Virus record (IMG/VR): IMGVR_UViG_3300025836_000013
Location: 1 to 42,266 of that record
Length of the DNA: 42,266 nt
Origin: a virus
Lineage: Duplodnaviria > Caudoviricetes
Reading direction: 5' to 3' (one strand)
The notes below the pieces were generated by a model that worked only from the letters and a program-made list of their open reading frames with translations, was not told where the DNA came from and did not search any database. Positions 26,729 to 35,029 of this stretch are shown here, in pieces. Every line of letters starts with the position of its first letter. Position 1 is the first letter of the stretch. A program made the position numbers and the translations under genes.

Positions 26729-27031
26729 TTAGGTGATAATCGGCAGGATACCCCCTACCTTTGCTGCCTGAATGACAGGTTCAGTATTCATGCTTGGTTC
26801 AGATCTAACTTCCGCAATTCGGGCTTTGCGGACCAGGGACGGATCGAAGTCCACTCTGTCGGCCCATTCCGCGCGCTTGCCTTTGTTCCACGTTGATACC
26901 GGGGTCAAGTACCCCACAACCCTGGAATATACGAGGCACCCCACACGTTTCTCTACTGGAACAGCGATGACACCCTGGTAGAGAAGATCGTGGCTCTCGT
27001 TCTCTGTCCAACCTTCGGGTAGATCGGTCAT
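26729..27031 (-). CDS. Stand-alone NrdD C-terminal (glycyl radical) domain protein
   Basis: VYSRVVGYLTPVSTWNKGKRAEWADR matches the anaerobic RNR C-terminal motif. Confidence 0.8.
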   Translation of the reverse strand: MTDLPEGWTENESHDLLYQGVIAVPVEKRVGCLVYSRVVGYLTPVSTWNKGKRAEWADRVDFDPSLVRKARIAEVRSEPSMNTEPVIQAAKVGGILPIIT

Positions 27032-27738
27032 GCCACTACCTCACAGAGAAAGTCAAACACTCGCCTCTGCCAATACAGTTGAAAAACGCAATGACCGTTG
27101 TCCAGCTGCACGGGTAGTGTCTTGGCGTAAATCTTGCCCCGGTCGCTTGGAACGTACTCGTCTCCGACCCTGTACTGCAGCCCAGCCAACTTCATCAGTC
27201 GGTTGACTTCTTGTCCAGAAAGGCGAGGGTTGAACATGCGTCCAATTTGAGTAGGCGTGACAAATTCCTCGCTCGCGTTGGAAGGTACCGGCAGGGCAGG
27301 GATTCCTTTGATGACCTTGTCCACTCTCAGGTTCACCGCGGCGATTGCCTGGTCCTGACGCTCGAGATCATCAACAAGACCCCTGAGGATACCGTAGACG
27401 TTCTTGGAGCTCGGCAAACTGTAGCTGCCGGTCTTGCGGATCTGAGGAAGGACCGTGCCGGTGACCCACACCCGAAAGGCTCGAGCCTCGGCCTTGTCAC
27501 TCCGAAGAACCAGAGCATACATGCCCGACTCGTTGACGATGACCATGCTCTGTTCACCTCCACGGGTATCTATCCGAATGATACCCTTCTCAGCATCCTC
27601 GAGCTTGTTGGTTGCCTGACTCGGGTTCGCGAGATTTAGCGTGTCACAGATGTCTTTCGCCACAAACCACGGCTCGCCCTCCATGGTGGCTGTCCGTATC
27701 TGATGTGCGTTGTACTGCCATACCTGTAGTTCTTCCAT
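27028..27738 (-). CDS. BRO-N domain antirepressor
   Basis: GEPWFVAKDIC...VNESGMYALVLRSDKAEARAFRVWVT..VLPQIRKTGSY; ATG 27738 after GGAGG. Confidence 0.9.
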   Translation of the reverse strand: MEELQVWQYNAHQIRTATMEGEPWFVAKDICDTLNLANPSQATNKLEDAEKGIIRIDTRGGEQSMVIVNESGMYALVLRSDKAEARAFRVWVTGTVLPQIRKTGSYSLPSSKNVYGILRGLVDDLERQDQAIAAVNLRVDKVIKGIPALPVPSNASEEFVTPTQIGRMFNPRLSGQEVNRLMKLAGLQYRVGDEYVPSDRGKIYAKTLPVQLDNGHCVFQLYWQRRVFDFLCEVVA

Positions 27739-27747
27739 GTGTTGCCT

Positions 27748-27760
27748 CCCCAAGTCTGCT
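27748..27760 (-). promoter_or_regulatory. SD-overlapping repeat, site C
   Basis: AGCAGACTTGGGG(AGG) upstream of the antirepressor ATG. Confidence 0.8.
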
Positions 27761-27772
27761 TGTATTTCTGTA

Positions 27773-28570
27773 CTACTTCTGGCGCATACTCTCGCCAGTG
27801 AAATTGATCCAGCTTGCCATCTCCAAGAGCCGGTCAGTGATACGCTCGAAGCCGACACGCTCTTTGAAGTCCTTCCAGCTCAGGTTCGTTGTCATGACGA
27901 TAGGTAGCTCGCGCCCATAGCGATACTCGACGAACTCCTCCATCTGTGCCAGCGCGAATGGCTCGACGTATTCCCGGCCAAAGTCGTCCACGAAGAAGTA
28001 TCGCGCGTCCTGATTGTCGATGGACCCTCCGTTGTGCAAGGCCGTGAAGATGCCAGCCGAACGCCAGAAGGCGAAGAGACTCGCCCGGCGAAGGGAATGC
28101 TCGATGCCCATGCACGCCCGTTCCGCGAGTGTCCGGGCAAGGTAGGCCATTGCTGTCGTCTTCCCAGTTCCTTTAGGTCCTGCCAAGATGACGGAGCTCG
28201 CCTTGTCCAATGTCGCCTTCTTTTGGATCAGAGCAGGGTCACAGTGGAGATAACGCGAACCATAGACGGACTCGAACGCCTTCATGACTTCGTCCGGTAC
28301 CGATGCCCTGCTGACGAGTGTCCTGTCCTGGTCGGCCTTGTCAAACAGGTTGTCATGCTCCCACTTTGGACATGCTGGGAGAAGAGCACACCAGTCCTTC
28401 CACGTCGAAGCATTTGTAAGCTTCACACGCCAGAGGTTGGAGGCCCCGACATAGGACGTCTGCCACTGAGTCAGATCATCAGTCAGACCTTCCTCGGCGT
28501 TACGAACGAGGCGGGCGAGGATCTCCTGTGTAGAGTCCTTGCGAATTTCTGTTGTCTCAATCATGGACAT
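27773..28570 (-). CDS. DnaC/IstB-like AAA+ helicase loader
   Basis: GPKGTGKT, FFVDDFGRE, MTTNL, ERITDRLLEM, GESMR; follows initiator. Confidence 0.9.
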   Translation of the reverse strand: MSMIETTEIRKDSTQEILARLVRNAEEGLTDDLTQWQTSYVGASNLWRVKLTNASTWKDWCALLPACPKWEHDNLFDKADQDRTLVSRASVPDEVMKAFESVYGSRYLHCDPALIQKKATLDKASSVILAGPKGTGKTTAMAYLARTLAERACMGIEHSLRRASLFAFWRSAGIFTALHNGGSIDNQDARYFFVDDFGREYVEPFALAQMEEFVEYRYGRELPIVMTTNLSWKDFKERVGFERITDRLLEMASWINFTGESMRQK

Positions 28571-29420
28571 GGTCCTCAGCTCCGTCGAAGTCGTGTTCAT
28601 TCGAGACAGATGTATGGCGTTGAAGGGTTTCACGTTTCGGAGGGTTAGTCAGATAGCTCTCGAACTTTGTGCCAAACAGGGTCTCAGGCCGAAGGTAGGT
28701 CTGCATCTTCGCGTCACCATACCAAGCGAGGACCATGTTGTCGATGACGGTTTTGAAGTTGTCCAGGTTAAAGCCTTCATGCCATCTTGTCCTGATCAGT
28801 GCCTGTGTCTTGTCAGTTGATGGCTTGTACATGGTGTGTGCCTTAGCATTCAGATAGGAGATGATCTCGGGGTAGGGTATGGCGGGCGTTTTCTGCCCGA
28901 CAATGGTTTTATCTTCTATTGGATTCTCTTCTATTGGATTCAGAAAGGATTCAGAAGAAGGCGCAATTTGCGCGGATTGCTGCGAGTTGCGGCGGATTGC
29001 TGCGAGTTGCGGCGGATTGCTGCGAGTTGCGGCGGATTGCTGCGAGTTGTCACAACGTGCCGCTAACTGCTGCAAAGTGCTATCGGTCGTGTCAGGCAAT
29101 GGACATTTGTGACGCTTGCTCCGGATGCGTTGATGCTGCTCCCACTTTCCAACCTGAAGGTAGGCTTTGCCGTCGACCTCGTACATGGTGATTAGGCCGA
29201 CCTTCGCCAAGTCATGGAGCCAGGCGTCCACCTGTTCCGGTGTCAGGTCGGTGACACGCAGAGGATAGCAGCGGGCGAGAACCACGATAGGCCTCGCGTC
29301 CATGCACCCATAGTCATCCGCTGATACGAGAATCCGGAACCACAGACATTCCTGTTCCGGACACAGTTCGTTCAGCGTCTCAGATGTGAGGATTGAATCA
29401 GAAAGGATTCGACTAGGCAT
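28557..29420 (-). CDS. Replication initiator (replisome organizer) with conserved phage C-terminal domain
   Basis: N-terminal ADDYG...WEQHQ; C-terminal EIISYLN...YLRPETLFGTKFESYL; internal iterons. Confidence 0.88.
   Translation of the reverse strand: MPSRILSDSILTSETLNELCPEQECLWFRILVSADDYGCMDARPIVVLARCYPLRVTDLTPEQVDAWLHDLAKVGLITMYEVDGKAYLQVGKWEQHQRIRSKRHKCPLPDTTDSTLQQLAARCDNSQQSAATRSNPPQLAAIRRNSQQSAQIAPSSESFLNPIEENPIEDKTIVGQKTPAIPYPEIISYLNAKAHTMYKPSTDKTQALIRTRWHEGFNLDNFKTVIDNMVLAWYGDAKMQTYLRPETLFGTKFESYLTNPPKRETLQRHTSVSNEHDFDGAEDHVHD
28972..29049. repeat. Iterons: ~3.9 tandem copies of GCGGATTGCTGCGAGTTGCG (probable origin)
   Basis: Perfect 20-bp tandem units inside the initiator gene, next to AT-richer TCTTCTATTGGATT x2 (28912-28940). 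Confidence 0.8.
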
Positions 29421-29484
29421 GGCACGCCTCATCAGGGCATAGTGAAACCATCCCAAGCGTTCTGTACATTGTGAAGGTCATGGT

Positions 29485-29730
29485 TCAGCGCTCGATCGAG
29501 CGAATGGCGTGCTTACAGACCAACACCGGGAAGGGGTTGACTGTGGTCTGCAGAAGGAGTTCGTATTTGGTGTAGCCACGGAGCGTTCCGTTAATGGTCG
29601 ACCCATCCAGGTACGTGATGGCGACAGTGTGGTCGACGGCGAGCTCATAGAACTCGTACTCGTTGATCTTGCCCGGCGTGGCTGGTGGTTGATTCTGAAG
29701 TTGTTTGACTTGCTGTTTCGGTTCTGTCAT
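29485..29730 (-). CDS. hfq: Hfq-like Sm-fold RNA chaperone
   Basis: VAITYLDGSTINGTLRGYTKYELLL (Sm1-like) and LVCKHAIRSI (Sm2 YKHAI-like); 81 aa; GGGAGG RBS. Confidence 0.8.
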   Translation of the reverse strand: MTEPKQQVKQLQNQPPATPGKINEYEFYELAVDHTVAITYLDGSTINGTLRGYTKYELLLQTTVNPFPVLVCKHAIRSIER

Positions 29731-29782
29731 AGGTCCTGCCTCCCATTCTGAACGGAGTGAGGCCTTGCGTCCTCGTGTCTGA

Positions 29783-29860
29783 AAAAGGAGAGAGTACCGG
29801 CGCCGTCAGATCGGCTGTCCCTTAGGAGAGAGCTACTCTCGGTCAGTAAGCCGGTACACT
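29783..29860 (-). ncRNA. Candidate structured RNA 2 / hfq leader
   Basis: GTACCGGC/GCCGGTAC closing stem with GAGAG/CTCTC and GCCG/CGGC arms, then CTCTCCTTTTT; begins at the predicted start of promoter 29866-29893. Confidence 0.6.
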
Positions 29861-29865
29861 TACGC

Positions 29866-29893
29866 ACTATATCCACGTTCATCTGCGTGTCAA
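29866..29893 (-). promoter_or_regulatory. Sigma70-type promoter P2
   Basis: TTGACA-16 nt-TATAGT. Confidence 0.7.
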
Positions 29894-29903
29894 GCCCCAT
29901 AGC

Positions 29904-29946
29904 AAAGCCCCGAACTAGCAGACTTGGGGTAAGCGACCTCGAGGCT
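29904..29946 (-). ncRNA. Candidate antisense sRNA 1 (complementary to sites A-F)
   Basis: AGCCUCGA/UCGGGGCU stem ending in U-run, enclosing CCCCAAGUCUGCUAGU with ACCCC as apical loop. Confidence 0.7.
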
Positions 29947-29951
29947 CCCCA

Positions 29952-29980
29952 ATTCTGTACAAGATTGCTGTTTTTGTCAA
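29952..29980 (-). promoter_or_regulatory. Sigma70-type promoter P1
   Basis: TTGACA-17 nt-CAGAAT; predicted start ~29946 coincides with the hairpin 5' end. Confidence 0.6.
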
Positions 29981-30043
29981 GTGAGAGTGTAAGCATCTTG
30001 CGGGCAAGGTTCCTAATCTCCTTACCTCCTAGGAGCCTAGGCG

Positions 30044-30745
30044 TCATGGCGTCTTACCGTCAAGCGATAGCATTGCCTTCGGATACCACTGGATCAAGTC
30101 TGGGGGTATCACGATCACGCTTGCCAGACTGCGCTTATGAAACACTGGAACTCCGTGTGCGATTGCCTGCTCTGTGAAACCTTCGACCCACTCGCCCTTT
30201 GGTTGCCGGTTCTTGCTCCCTGGTCCCGTCATGGCACCGATCACCAGCCAGTCGATACCACGCCAGGAGATACAGTCGGCGACATCTTCCAGTAGAGGCT
30301 CGGCGCTGAGCCATGTATGCCAGCCGGCGCAATGCAAACCCGATACCATTTCGTCCAGGGCTTCGTCCTTCGTGGTCACGGTCTGACCGAGCCACCAATT
30401 CGGCGCTACGTTGCCGTGAAGTAGGTCGTGATAGCGCTTCGGGTTCTTGGTCAAAAACAAATATTGATGCTGCGGTGCGGACCATGCCGCGTTCAGCACA
30501 TGGGTAATCCAGTCTTGTGGCACCCAGTCACCGAACAGGTCACACATGGACCCGACAAAGATACGCGAGGGCTTCTTGACCCACAACGGTTCACTCAGAC
30601 GTTCTTCGTGAAAGGTCGGCTTGAATCCGTCCGGACCTCCAAAGCGTTCAGCGATCCGGCGGGCGTAACAGTAGTCACAGCCATGCAGGCACCCCGTTAC
30701 AGGATTCCACGAGTAGTCCGCCCAGTCGATCGAAGTGCGATTCAT
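30044..30745 (-). CDS. Phage Gp37/Gp68 (DUF5131) radical-SAM-like protein
   Basis: IDWADYSWNPVTGCLHGCDYCYA, IFVGSMCDLF, LTKNP, SAEPLL, DWLVIG. Confidence 0.9.
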   Translation of the reverse strand: MNRTSIDWADYSWNPVTGCLHGCDYCYARRIAERFGGPDGFKPTFHEERLSEPLWVKKPSRIFVGSMCDLFGDWVPQDWITHVLNAAWSAPQHQYLFLTKNPKRYHDLLHGNVAPNWWLGQTVTTKDEALDEMVSGLHCAGWHTWLSAEPLLEDVADCISWRGIDWLVIGAMTGPGSKNRQPKGEWVEGFTEQAIAHGVPVFHKRSLASVIVIPPDLIQWYPKAMLSLDGKTP

Positions 30746-31146
30746 GACTGCGCCTTCAAGACCCCGCACACGAGCAGTCCCAGCGCGTCGACAAGCTTAG
30801 CATCTTGAGCTCCCGCTTCAAAGGGACGATGCAGCTGCACGACATACGCCACAGTTCCCTTGAAATCAATCCTTATCTGTTCGATACGCAGACTGCCACG
30901 GTCTCCATTCTCTGCCAACGTGCGGACCCCCATCTTCACAGCGACTTCCTTGGCGTCCAGGGAGAGCAGCCACGTCAGGAGTGTGTCGGAACGGTAGGCA
31001 CGACGTTTATTGATTGCATAGTACCACGTATCTATGCGCCATTCCTTTGTTATTGGGTCGATACCCCACATTGCATCTGGTGGTGTTACCTCAAAACCCG
31101 CATCCGCCAGACGTTTGCTAATCTCCACGCTCGTGTATTCGATCAT
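30742..31146 (-). CDS. Hypothetical protein
   Basis: 134 aa; YTSVEISKRLADAGF N-terminus; coupled overlaps. Confidence 0.7.
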   Translation of the reverse strand: MIEYTSVEISKRLADAGFEVTPPDAMWGIDPITKEWRIDTWYYAINKRRAYRSDTLLTWLLSLDAKEVAVKMGVRTLAENGDRGSLRIEQIRIDFKGTVAYVVQLHRPFEAGAQDAKLVDALGLLVCGVLKAQS

Positions 31147-31385
31147 TTCTTCTCATCCTCCTTTGGGTCAACAACTGACGTCCGAATCATCATGTACGTG
31201 CCGTCGCCCATCCCGAACTGGAAGAGAGAGGCGTCCAGTATCCGCCTGCGCTCTGCCTGAATGACAGCAGCGATGAGAGCATCAATCCTTGCGATTCCCT
31301 GAGCGTCCACAGCCGGGTTCTTGGGTAACAGCCATCGCCGTTCTTCAAGCATCTCTGCTCGCAGTTCCTCAACTGTCTGGCTCAT
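31143..31385 (-). CDS. Hypothetical protein
   Basis: 80 aa; ATGA coupling. Confidence 0.65.
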   Translation of the reverse strand: MSQTVEELRAEMLEERRWLLPKNPAVDAQGIARIDALIAAVIQAERRRILDASLFQFGMGDGTYMMIRTSVVDPKEDEKK

Positions 31386-31663
31386 GCTGTCACCTTCTTG
31401 TTCAGTTCCTGGACCACAAGCATGCGATAGTATCGCCGTGCGTTGTGGTATGGCTCAGCTCCGAAGACAGGATCGCCTTCGTCTTGCTCCTTCTGCATCA
31501 TCTTGAAGTGGTCAACTGGAATGTCCAGTGTGACTTCCTTGTCTTTAGGCATCCAGGGGACATAACAGATCCACTTCCCTTCCTCGAGGGCAAACTTCAC
31601 GCGCCAGTAGTAGCGGAAGGAGACCGTCATCTTCTCCTGCGAGGGGTTGATGTTCTCGTTCAA
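31382..31663 (-). CDS. Hypothetical protein
   Basis: 93 aa; TTG start overlapping upstream stop. Confidence 0.6.
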   Translation of the reverse strand: MNENINPSQEKMTVSFRYYWRVKFALEEGKWICYVPWMPKDKEVTLDIPVDHFKMMQKEQDEGDPVFGAEPYHNARRYYRMLVVQELNKKVTA

Positions 31664-31956
31664 GCGGTCACCTTCACGGCCTTCACCTTGCGCTCGTAAT
31701 ACCTAATCTGCCGCTGGAAGCGACGCATATCAATACGGATGTTCTTCTGCTGGAGTGCGGTCTGATACATAGGGTCAGGGAGTTTCGCCTTGTCCTCTTT
31801 GAGCCACCGTTTCACCGCTCTCAGTCGACTCGCGTACATGGTCTTCTTGTCGAACCCGCCACAACAGTTGCACTTGACGCAAATCTCGCCGTACGAGTCA
31901 TAGAGGTTCCAGCAGTGGCGGTCAACCTGCTGGTCAAGGAAGATGACCCCGTTCAT
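31660..31956 (-). CDS. Hypothetical protein with Cys cluster
   Basis: 98 aa; CWNLYDSYGEICVKCNCC. Confidence 0.65.
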   Translation of the reverse strand: MNGVIFLDQQVDRHCWNLYDSYGEICVKCNCCGGFDKKTMYASRLRAVKRWLKEDKAKLPDPMYQTALQQKNIRIDMRRFQRQIRYYERKVKAVKVTA

Positions 31957-32531
31957 GCCCGTCTCCGTTCCTGCTGCACCTGTTCGCCCACGAGCAAGAA
32001 GTCGGCAGCCGCGTCAAGATCGCTCATATCGGAGAGGACTTTGTCAAGAAGGCCAGGTTCTCGCGTCGCCGCGATCTGGTGGTCCGGATATTGCCCATCC
32101 TGGTAGCGGACGCTCGCGAGATACTCTGTGCCATCCTTGTTGAACCGTTTCACCGGGAAGTGCATACCCTGGTCGAAGCCGATCTCGACGAACTGGTTGG
32201 GGTACGTCTCGAGAGCTTCCACCAGCGGGCGCCACTTTGCAGCCAAGTCCATAAAACGGAGCATCACGGCCGTAGTGCCTTGGAGTCTGAGCCGCGTTTC
32301 CTTAAGAGCATGCGCATAGCCACCGGCTGCGTGAAACTTGCCAGCCTCGAATGAACGCTTGCGCTCGGCACGGCGTCTTGCCTCTGCCAGAACGTTGTTA
32401 GCTTGTAGCCGGCTTAGTTCTTCTGCGAAGTCGGCAGCGTGCGCCTCAGCATCTTCGCAGCGACACATCAGCGATTCGTACTCGGCGAAGGGCATGATCA
32501 CGAGCTTACCGAGGCGCTTCATCGTGGCCAC
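31953..32531 (-). CDS. Hypothetical protein
   Basis: 192 aa, helical N-terminus, coupled to neighbours; start could be 32522. Confidence 0.65.
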   Translation of the reverse strand: MATMKRLGKLVIMPFAEYESLMCRCEDAEAHAADFAEELSRLQANNVLAEARRRAERKRSFEAGKFHAAGGYAHALKETRLRLQGTTAVMLRFMDLAAKWRPLVEALETYPNQFVEIGFDQGMHFPVKRFNKDGTEYLASVRYQDGQYPDHQIAATREPGLLDKVLSDMSDLDAAADFLLVGEQVQQERRRA

Positions 32532-32764
32532 CTGTGATAATCGCCGCAGTCGTCGTCTCGTTTCTCCCGGTCTGGACGGATACGAGCAGGACGGGCGGCG
32601 ATGTCCTGCTCTCGTAATAACGCCCCCGAAGGGGTTACTACCTCCTTCAAGGCGAGGTCGATCGCTCTGACGTCCTCTTTGGCCTGGAACAGCTTGCCTG
32701 CTTCATAGGCTTGATTGACCATCTTACGCACGATGTACCGGGGAATGAACAGTGGAAGGTCCAT
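32519..32764 (-). CDS. Hypothetical protein
   Basis: MDLPLFIPRY start after GAGG. Confidence 0.6.
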   Translation of the reverse strand: MDLPLFIPRYIVRKMVNQAYEAGKLFQAKEDVRAIDLALKEVVTPSGALLREQDIAARPARIRPDREKRDDDCGDYHRWPR

Positions 32765-32765
32765 G

Positions 32766-33038
32766 TCAGTCCCTCGGATCCTGCCCGGCGACGAAGGTCT
32801 TGACTTCGCTTTCGTCTGGACAATCCTGTAGCAAGCGGTCCAGAATGACGTCAACTGGTTCCTGCCGTTCTACAGCAAGCGTCTCAGTGAGTTTCTTGTT
32901 TCGGTTGATCTCAGCCACGTAGCAATTGTGCAAGTGCCGTACTTGGAACTCGTAACGGTCAGAAGTTCTCACGTGTTCGATAACCGCCCCACAGAAAGCC
33001 GCGATGACTATGACGGCGAGCATAAACCAACCGCTCAT
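32766..33038 (-). CDS. Hypothetical protein with N-terminal TM/signal segment
   Basis: WFMLAVIVIAAFCGAVI; GGGAGG RBS. Confidence 0.65.
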   Translation of the reverse strand: MSGWFMLAVIVIAAFCGAVIEHVRTSDRYEFQVRHLHNCYVAEINRNKKLTETLAVERQEPVDVILDRLLQDCPDESEVKTFVAGQDPRD

Positions 33039-34072
33039 TTAAACCTCCCGGCGAACTCTGCGGCGTCCATAGGTTCGTAGTTGTCCTGCAGCTGACAAAT
33101 GAGCTGTGCGGCGTAATCGGCATCAATGGTGACCTGGCGCCCGTCCATCGTTACAACCGGCGGGTCCGAGTGGACGTTGATCCCCTGGATGCCGAGCTTG
33201 GCGAACTCTTCAGCCGTCTTGTCCGATGCGAGAGCCTCGATAGCTGCCAGTTGGTCACGCTTCGCAGGGGGTCCAGCGGTCTTGGGCATCGACTCTTCGA
33301 GGAGCGTTCCCAATGCCTCCTCCGCCTTGTCCTCTTCATCTGGCCTTGATTCATCCGGGGCAGGCAGAGCGACCATTTCGCTTACGAGGGAAGGACTCGT
33401 TTGTGCCAGTTCCTGCAGCGAGTGTTCATACTGGATGCTGAGGATCCTGACCGTCGTCTTCACCAAGCCTCTGGCAGCGTCCAACCGATTGACTTCCCGC
33501 TGGACCAGCTTGAGCTTTAAGGGAACCCATGCAATGCGCCCGCCGAGAGCGGCCTTCATGAGGTTCAGGTCGGCCAGCAACTCACGGATGCCATTGTATG
33601 CACCGGTGTCGATTTGATAAACGCCCAAGCCGGGTGCCTTGTACAGCCAGATCATGAGAGAGCCAATCGGCGAGCATCCTTTTTCTTCGACAACGCCGGT
33701 CGTCGTATCCGTCTTCTGGTTAAACTTGCACTCCCTGGGCCCGAGACATTCCACTTCGACGCGTTCGGCCGTCTTCAGGTCCAGGCGCATAGCCTTGACG
33801 CCATCACCGCGACAGAGCGGGGCAACACTCGACTGGCCATATAGCTTGTACCAGTGAGGAAGTACCTGGTCGATGTCATTGGACGCAAACATCACGTCCA
33901 GCTCAGTCGGCTTCTCGCCACACACCGCTTTCAGTTCTTCTGGCAGGACGAAGTAGTCTGTCGCCTGTGGATAGCCCTTCTTGTCCTTCGCGTCGCGGAA
34001 CTTCCTGATACCCAGGTGGATCTTCCCCAAGCGGGGCATCCGCTGGTCCTGATCGATGCTCTTGATTCCCAT
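33035..34072 (-). CDS. Gp3-like (recombination directionality factor-like) putative recombination protein
   Basis: MPRLGKIHLG...YPQATDYF...LCRGDG...GVYQIDT pattern recalled for this family. Confidence 0.65.
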   Translation of the reverse strand: MGIKSIDQDQRMPRLGKIHLGIRKFRDAKDKKGYPQATDYFVLPEELKAVCGEKPTELDVMFASNDIDQVLPHWYKLYGQSSVAPLCRGDGVKAMRLDLKTAERVEVECLGPRECKFNQKTDTTTGVVEEKGCSPIGSLMIWLYKAPGLGVYQIDTGAYNGIRELLADLNLMKAALGGRIAWVPLKLKLVQREVNRLDAARGLVKTTVRILSIQYEHSLQELAQTSPSLVSEMVALPAPDESRPDEEDKAEEALGTLLEESMPKTAGPPAKRDQLAAIEALASDKTAEEFAKLGIQGINVHSDPPVVTMDGRQVTIDADYAAQLICQLQDNYEPMDAAEFAGRFK

Positions 34073-34078
34073 ATTTCC

Positions 34079-34094
34079 CCCCAAGTCTGCTAGT
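34079..34094 (-). promoter_or_regulatory. SD-overlapping repeat, site D
   Basis: ACTAGCAGACTTGGGG(GG) upstream of ATG 34072; 16/16. Confidence 0.85.
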
Positions 34095-34116
34095 GTGGTA
34101 CTAATTCTTCAGGTAG

Positions 34117-34566
34117 TTACTTCTTGCAAGACTCCAATATAACCCATCCACTTTTACCAAAATAATCACCAGACTCTATCCGCACTTGCCATGCCGCAAA
34201 ACTCGCACCGATAACAAGTGCCTTGGTTCCCGCATCCACAATATAAAGCTGCCCGTTCGCCTCCATTTCTCCTAGTCCCAGGTAATCCTTGGCAATCGAA
34301 AGCTGTGTGCATTCGTCAAAATCGGCTTTTGTCGGACTCACGAAACCAGTGACGGTGATGGTGTCTCCAACCTTAATATCGTTCGAAGCAGGCTGCGTAG
34401 TCGTTACTGGAGCAGTCGTCGGTGGTGCCGAGAAACTGTTCGCGCACGACCGCATAAGTGACATGCCAATGATGAAGACAAAGAGAAATACGACGACGCC
34501 AACAATCATGGCGCCCTTTGCTACAGACGGTGGAAGTGTTTCAAGATCTTGCTTCTGTTTGTTCAT
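34117..34566 (-). CDS. Single-TM membrane protein with P/T linker and SH3-like C-terminal domain
   Basis: MIVGVVVFLFVFIIGMSLM; APPTTAPVTTT; WQVRIESG...GWV; AAGGAG RBS. Confidence 0.7.
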   Translation of the reverse strand: MNKQKQDLETLPPSVAKGAMIVGVVVFLFVFIIGMSLMRSCANSFSAPPTTAPVTTTQPASNDIKVGDTITVTGFVSPTKADFDECTQLSIAKDYLGLGEMEANGQLYIVDAGTKALVIGASFAAWQVRIESGDYFGKSGWVILESCKK

Positions 34567-35029
34567 GACGTCTCTCCTTTGCTTGCCATTCTGCAAGCGT
34601 CCTGTTGCCCTTCGAGCTGTTGCAATGAGAACATGCTGGAACCACGTTATCGGCTGAGTGCTTTCCACCTTTCGACAAGGGGATCACATGATCCAAGGTC
34701 AACTTGGCTTCCTTGTCGCAATAGGCGCAATGGCCGCTCGCTTCCGCGAGGATCGTGAGCCATTCCGTTGACGTCAGCATTTCGCTGATGGGCGTATTGG
34801 CGTACTTCAGAGAGCGCCACTTCGAACCAAAAACGGCTCTGCTTTCGAGGTTTGCCTTCTGCCATCTAGAAACGCTTGCTCTGTTGTGTTCGGGATGTTC
34901 CCTCTGATAGTTGGCATCGCAAACCCTATTCGCTCCTAGACGGCATTCTGTGCAATATTTTTGATTGGGAGCCGTCGGAAGATATTCCTTGCCACAGACC
35001 CGGCAACGTTTCAACCTATAAGCCTTCAT
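34541..35029 (-). CDS. Zinc-finger HNH endonuclease
   Basis: CRVCGK...YCTEC; CAYC...LDHVIPLSKGGKH..DNVVPACSHCNSSKG. Confidence 0.9.
   Translation of the reverse strand: MKAYRLKRCRVCGKEYLPTAPNQKYCTECRLGANRVCDANYQREHPEHNRASVSRWQKANLESRAVFGSKWRSLKYANTPISEMLTSTEWLTILAEASGHCAYCDKEAKLTLDHVIPLSKGGKHSADNVVPACSHCNSSKGNRTLAEWQAKERRHEQTEARS

Noticed and set aside
29727-30047. 106-aa ORF spanning the sRNA locus
   Set aside because: No protein-like features; region is better explained by two promoters and structured RNAs, although its ATGA overlaps mean it cannot be fully excluded
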